Below are positions 16,308 to 20,000 of a stretch of 20,000 nt of DNA, in pieces (position 1 is the first letter of the stretch; each line of letters starts with the position of its first letter). The stretch lies in IMG/VR virus record IMGVR_UViG_3300031787_000080, one strand, 5' to 3'. Below the pieces are notes generated by a model. That model was not told where the DNA came from. It ran no database searches and saw only the letters and a program-made list of their open reading frames with translations. This stretch comes from an uncultured virus (IMG/VR IMGVR_UViG_3300031787_000080) (Duplodnaviria; Heunggongvirae; Uroviricota; Caudoviricetes). Made by a program: the position numbers and the translations under genes.

Positions 16308-16515
16308 AGAGTGTGACTTGGGAAACCCAAACAAGATACAAATGAAAATGGTTAATTACTCCATCCTCATAATCTCTTGCATCTGATATACGCCCATCGT
16401 ATACTTCGACACCGCTAAGTTTCAAGACAACGCGCCCGCCTTGCAAGGGACTCGAACCCAAGCTTCGATGTTAAACGTTTCTCAGATTGTGAAACTTAAT
16501 TCACTATCACACTCT
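16308..16515 (-). ncRNA. candidate ~208-nt structured RNA with T-loop arm
   Basis: 10-bp closing stem AGAGTGTGAT/GTCACACTCT; TAAGTTTCA/TGAAACTTA encloses GGG-TTCGAGT-CCC; TATACG/CGTATA; AGATGCAA/TTGTATCT with inner ATGAGGATGG/CCATTTTCAT; TTGGG/CCCAA. Terminator at about 16226-16262. Confidence 0.6.
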
Positions 16516-16623
16516 TCTTTATATATCCGATTAGAGCCATGCAAAAAGGGGATTTTTTAATGATCGTGGCGCACAATCGTAGAAAGTCATAAAAAAGACG
16601 GATGCTCATATTGAGCATCCAAT

Positions 16624-16824
16624 TTAGAGTCTGCGGTATACCGTTACCCCATTGCGATTATGAGACTTCATATAGCCTAGATTTTCCAGTTTTTCAAGTC
16701 TCTCAGCCAAAATCACATCATCAAAAGACACTTTAAGGGACAATTGATAGAGCGTTTTTCGCTCGTTGGTGCCACCGAATTGTCTCAGAATGGCATGGTC
16801 GTATGCGGTCAGATTCTTATCCAT
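16624..16824 (-). CDS. small winged-helix-like protein (66 aa)
   Basis: LTAYDHAILRQF....TLYQLSLKV....LAERLEKLENLGYMKS......VYR resembles a wHTH; terminator at about 16591-16620. Confidence 0.6.
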   Translation of the reverse strand: MDKNLTAYDHAILRQFGGTNERKTLYQLSLKVSFDDVILAERLEKLENLGYMKSHNRNGVTVYRRL

Positions 16825-17042
16825 TAGGACACTCGCTCAAGCCGAATCACACCCGCATCATCGAGTTGCATAAGTGCTGGGCAAACGACGTAAGACCTAT
16901 TGCAGTAATAGCCGTCAGCAGGAAATGCAACACAATCCCCATGAACATCATGGTTTTGTTCGCGCCAAGGCATCATATCCATGCCTTTCAGAAGTTCCTT
17001 GATGGCTTGCTTGAGAATGTCATTTTCTTCTTGAACCGTCAT
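16824..17042 (-). CDS. hypothetical protein (72 aa)
   Basis: ATG 3 nt after motif A; TAATG overlap with the next gene. Confidence 0.75.
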   Translation of the reverse strand: MTVQEENDILKQAIKELLKGMDMMPWREQNHDVHGDCVAFPADGYYCNRSYVVCPALMQLDDAGVIRLERVS

Positions 17043-17100
17043 ATCTTATATATCCGATTAGACCACGAAAGAAAGGGGATTTTTAATCAACGGCGTAAAC

Positions 17101-17138
17101 AGAAAAGTTTAGCCCCAACAAATAATTGTTGGGGCTAA
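17101..17138 (-). terminator. strong intrinsic terminator
   Basis: TTAGCCCCAACAA/TTGTTGGGGCTAA perfect stem; minus-strand ACTTTTCT tail. Confidence 0.75.
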
Positions 17139-17394
17139 CGACATGCCTATCTTGTCTTGGTTTTTGAGTTTTCAGTTACACTTTCTTTCTCATGCTGGTA
17201 AGGTTCGTCCAGCTACTATAAGGGCTACAGGGCCTGGTCATCGAGCACAATCTGAGTCTCGCGCTTTCCTCAGTCTTGTTACTTTATATATCCGATTAGA
17301 GCCATGCAAAAAGGGGATTTTTTAATGATCGTGCCACATGATCACGGAAAGTCATAAAGAAAGACAGATAACTTGTATCTGCCTTTCCAAGTTT

Positions 17395-17799
17395 TCAATC
17401 CCCGATGGAGTAGTATTGTTTGAACACCACTACTTGAATGTTCGCCATTATGCAGTGAACAGAAATGTCCCCGCCCTGCCATGCATTGCCAATGTCATAA
17501 AGAACATTTGCAAGTTCGGAGTTTTCAAGCCCAGCCGTGGTGAAGAGATTGTATCTGACCGCACTGTAAGACGCATTGCCCCAGGCCTCTTCAACATTTT
17601 GGATTCGATTGAACGCATTGTCGCTTGAAATGTCAATCCAAAGCCGCTCTCCATTTGACAAATCGGCGATATAGTATTCTCCCCGATTGGTTACAACCTT
17701 GCGAATGGCATGATTCAGAAAGTGTTCGCCCGACCGCGTGGGAAGGATTTTTTCAGGCTGAGTAGGATACTCGGCTGTGATTGTGGGGACTTTGATCAT
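17395..17799 (-). CDS. hypothetical protein (134 aa)
   Basis: Motif A, SD-like AGGTGG, ATG; terminator at about 17356-17386. Confidence 0.8.
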   Translation of the reverse strand: MIKVPTITAEYPTQPEKILPTRSGEHFLNHAIRKVVTNRGEYYIADLSNGERLWIDISSDNAFNRIQNVEEAWGNASYSAVRYNLFTTAGLENSELANVLYDIGNAWQGGDISVHCIMANIQVVVFKQYYSIGD

Positions 17800-17941
17800 C
17801 TTGACTTTCCACCTAGTTTATATATCCGATTAGAATACAAAAGACAAGGGATTTTTTTAATGATCGTGCCACATAAAAACAGAAAGCCATAAAAAATCCC
17901 CTTTCTGCATGGCTCCAATCGAATATATAAAGAGAGGAACA

Positions 17942-18424
17942 ATGACTACTGAACAAGTCGCCGCCGCCCTCGCCACCAAGCGCAAGGGAACAATATTCAC
18001 CCTTCGCGTTGCACGTCCCGCCAAACTTCGCGCTGGTTCGCGAGATATGGATATTGTCAAGGCTTCCGTTATGCAAGGCATGGCGAACACTGACTATGCC
18101 AGCCGTGGCCCCGTTCGCGAAGCCGTGGCCCTGGGAGAACGTGATGCCCCTGCCCTGCCCAAGCATATTGAAAAGACATTCACGGAAAACGACGTGAAGT
18201 TTTGGAAAGGCCACAATGGCGAAATCTACTTGCCCGTTTGCCTTACGGGGAATCATGCCGAAGTCACCTGGCTTCAGGATGGCGAGGAAGTCAGCCTGGA
18301 CGAAATCAAGGACCATCTGCTTGCTTCCGAATATGCAAGCCGCACCGATAAGGATGACCTTGCAGAACGCGGCCAAGTGCCCTTTATCGGCGTAAATGTC
18401 AAGCACATCGAATCGGTAAACTAA
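17942..18424 (+). CDS. hypothetical protein (160 aa, start revised to ATG 17942)
   Basis: Motif A, SD GAGAGG, MTTEQVAAALATKRKG...; terminator at about 18442-18463. Confidence 0.85.
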   Translation: MTTEQVAAALATKRKGTIFTLRVARPAKLRAGSRDMDIVKASVMQGMANTDYASRGPVREAVALGERDAPALPKHIEKTFTENDVKFWKGHNGEIYLPVCLTGNHAEVTWLQDGEEVSLDEIKDHLLASEYASRTDKDDLAERGQVPFIGVNVKHIESVN

Positions 18425-18539
18425 GCCAGACCATAAAGACTAGGGGCGCAAGCCCCTTTCTTTATAACTTTCTATGATTGTGTGCCACGATCATTATAAA
18501 AATCCCCTTTCTTTTGTGTTCTAATCGGATATATAAAAC

Positions 18540-18647
18540 ATGAACAAAGGATTTACGCTCCCAGAACTTGTTTTCCTCATGCTTGGAGTTATTATCTTTG
18601 TCATCTTGACCCTTGCTGCTATTTACATCGGGATGCGAGTCTTTTGA
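18540..18647 (+). CDS. 35-aa prepilin-type N-terminal cleavage/methylation peptide (minimal pilin-like; not in ORF track)
   Basis: MNKG^FTLPELVFLMLGVIIFVILTLAAIYIGMRVF; ATG 3 nt after a consensus motif A; TGATG overlap with the next gene. Confidence 0.75.
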   Translation: MNKGFTLPELVFLMLGVIIFVILTLAAIYIGMRVF

Positions 18648-18973
18648 TGCCAGAAGTTATCAATGCAGAAAAATGGCTAAAGGCACCCAATAGACAGGGT
18701 AAATGGCTTTGCCTGACCGTGGGCTTCCAAAATTACGACCCACAAACAATCCGAGATTACGATGTCAATAATGAACGTGATGGCGCAAGGGTGGTCAAAG
18801 CCGATTTCATCTACGTCCATTGGGCATATGACCAAAAGACCAAATCAAAGATTTTGCTCCAGGTGTATGCACCGTTCACTTCCCGATGCCCGTCTATGCC
18901 ACTGCCCGAAGATACCGATGCGGTAAAGTATTTCTATATCGGGCCTTTTGAACTTCCTTTTGACCAGCGATAA
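18647..18973 (+). CDS. hypothetical protein (108 aa)
   Basis: Coupled to the upstream peptide; stop overlaps the next motif A. Confidence 0.75.
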   Translation: MPEVINAEKWLKAPNRQGKWLCLTVGFQNYDPQTIRDYDVNNERDGARVVKADFIYVHWAYDQKTKSKILLQVYAPFTSRCPSMPLPEDTDAVKYFYIGPFELPFDQR

Positions 18974-19013
18974 AAATCCCCTGTATTTTCAAACACAATC
19001 GGATATATAAGAT

Positions 19014-19184
19014 ATGCAGAACGTAGAAGGAACAAACACCTGGGTGGGCGAGACTGTGCCAATGCAGTTCGGACGCATGGCTGATGAATGTGGCGAACCG
19101 ATTGACCATACCGCTGTCACTATCGTTGTCCCCGATTGCCTTGAACACAAAAATGTTCGCATCACCATTGAAGTCATTGAATGA
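19014..19184 (+). CDS. small acidic protein (56 aa, not in ORF track)
   Basis: MQNVEGTNTWVGETVPMQFGRMADECGEPIDHTAVTIVVPDCLEHKNVRITIEVIE; ATG 3 nt after motif A. Confidence 0.75.
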   Translation: MQNVEGTNTWVGETVPMQFGRMADECGEPIDHTAVTIVVPDCLEHKNVRITIEVIE

Positions 19185-19440
19185 TGGGCAGGCAGTGACC
19201 ACAATAAAAATCCCCCGTTTCTTATAAGGCAAAACCATATATAAGAGGAGGGGGCAAAAACCCCTACCCACATCCGACCACCAAGACCCTGTACCACGAT
19301 CAACAACGATGATGATTATGATCGGGCACCCATGTGTCATGATCGCTGCTATAGTAGAGGGGGGGGTACTAAAACTTTTAGGTACCATAAGGAAGCGGTA
19401 CGCCACCCCGTCATTTTTTCGATCATGCCAAAAAAATGGC

Positions 19441-19538
19441 CCCGATAGTTTCCCCGATCATAACTAATATTGTAGTTTACCCGATAGTTTTCTCGATCAT
19501 AACCGATCAGAATCCACCCCGATAGTTTTCCCGATCAT
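19441..19538 (+). repeat. three iteron-like direct repeats CCCGATAGTTTYCYCGATCAT
   Basis: Copies at 19441, 19480 and 19518 (spacing 39 and 38 bp); partial copy at about 19676-19691. Confidence 0.75.
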
Positions 19539-20000
19539 CTCGCCAGAGTAAGAAAAATAATTTGCGCTTACTTTGCCCCCTATGATTATTTTTGTGATAG
19601 CAGGGGGGGTGGTAAAATTTTCGAGTAAGGTATCCCCCACCATTTCGGGAATCTTTCTATATATGTATATAATTCTTTTCCCCGATCATAATTCTGATAG
19701 TGTATGGGGGGTATTGAAATTTTTCTTAAGGTATCCCTGGTGGGGCCTTGAGTATACGTGAGGAGATTAGAGTGTTTATTCTCCTCATTTTTTGATGCGA
19801 ATAACTACGCTATTCGCATCAAGATATTTTGGGCTTTTAAAATGGCTTGTCCATTTTAAAATTTGTTTGCGATAAAAATGGTTTTCTTTTCGTAGTATTG
19901 TTTGTAGTTATGTTTAAAATAGAAAGTCATTTATCTAAGTTGGCCGAGCATTTTTCTCGGCGCGTTCACAGTGAGACGGGCTGCACTTATGATGGTGTTG

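Larger units (their letters stand above)
577..18495. repeat. Motif B: dispersed ~38-bp intergenic repeat TTTTTATRACTTTCTRYGATTRTGYGSCACGATCATT (22 copies)
   Basis: Plus copies near 577, 2991, 5407, 7215, 7787, 10119, 11073, 12481 (truncated), 14392, 18460. Minus copies near 6435, 8593, 9121, 11572, 12740, 13035, 13805, 15191, 16194, 16559, 17324, 17859. All lie outside the genes accepted here. Internal dyad GATTGTG-N3-CACGATC. Confidence 0.92.
182..19244. promoter_or_regulatory. Motif A: dispersed 39-bp promoter-like repeat AAAAATCCCC-N15-AATCGGATATATAA (39 copies)
   Basis: Approximate left coordinates. Plus strand: 182, 617, 975, 2171, 2451, 3029, 4762, 5448, 6062, 7253, 7824, 7945, 8622, 10157, 10391, 10763, 14705, 17892, 18498, 18972, 19206. 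Minus strand: 7181, 10085, 11532, 12062, 12447, 12696, 12994, 13316, 13763, 14358, 14662, 15435, 15886, 16152, 16519, 17046, 17284, 17818. Each copy points into a downstream gene or structured segment, with two conserved boxes at near-fixed spacing and an AT-rich -10-like box. Confidence 0.9.

Noticed and set aside
16204..16461. 85-aa minus-strand ORF
   Set aside because: TTG start without SD, reads through a terminator into motif B, and the region is better explained by RNA structure. Not fully excluded.
17195..17207. Minus-strand GAACCTTACCAG matching a conserved 16S rRNA motif
   Set aside because: Only about 12 nt with no flanking rRNA similarity, which is compatible with chance.
577..18495. 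Motif B as a CRISPR repeat (36-38 bp; TTTCTAC recalls Cas12a repeats)
   Set aside because: Copies are separated by hundreds to thousands of bases containing whole genes, occur in both orientations and are degenerate. No cas genes are present.
577..18495. Classical integron attC sites
   Set aside because: No RYYYAAC...GTTRRRY ends, the elements are too short, cassettes have their own promoters and mixed orientation, and no integrase is in the window.
17813..19406. Long antisense ORFs 17813-18406, 18894-19406 and 18989-19306, and similar ones such as 15619-16122, 9570-9914 and 13922-14287
   Set aside because: They are antisense to promoter-supported genes or run across motifs A and B. Recurrent peptides like LYIRL...KGIF are just translated motif A.
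19573..19761. 62-aa ORF in the terminal repeat region
   Set aside because: TTG start, no motif A or SD, and it is composed largely of repeats.

Overview
The window looks like an accessory or early region of a large (probably jumbo) phage; this is inferred from gene content, since no virion or replication genes are present. It holds about 45 short genes in both orientations, mostly hypothetical. Recognisable ones are an ArdC-like antirestriction protein, a DUF2786 plus HEXXH metallopeptidase pair, a GP88-like Cys-motif protein, DUF2958, a PD-(D/E)XK-like protein and an HNH endonuclease inside a five-tRNA cluster (Gln, Gln, Arg, Arg, Cys). The dominant feature is modular. Motif A, a 39-bp promoter-like element (AAAAATCCCC-N15-AATCGGATATATAA, 39 copies by eye), precedes almost every gene and often implies a leaderless start. 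Motif B, a ~38-bp element with an internal dyad (22 copies by eye), sits at unit junctions in either orientation. Several motif-A units carry structured RNA candidates instead of ORFs. Other highlights are a 30-aa leader peptide whose codon run matches the downstream tRNAs, a 35-aa 'pilin N-terminus only' peptide, and an ORF-poor repeat region at the right end. All counts, coordinates and RNA folds were derived by eye; no searches were run.
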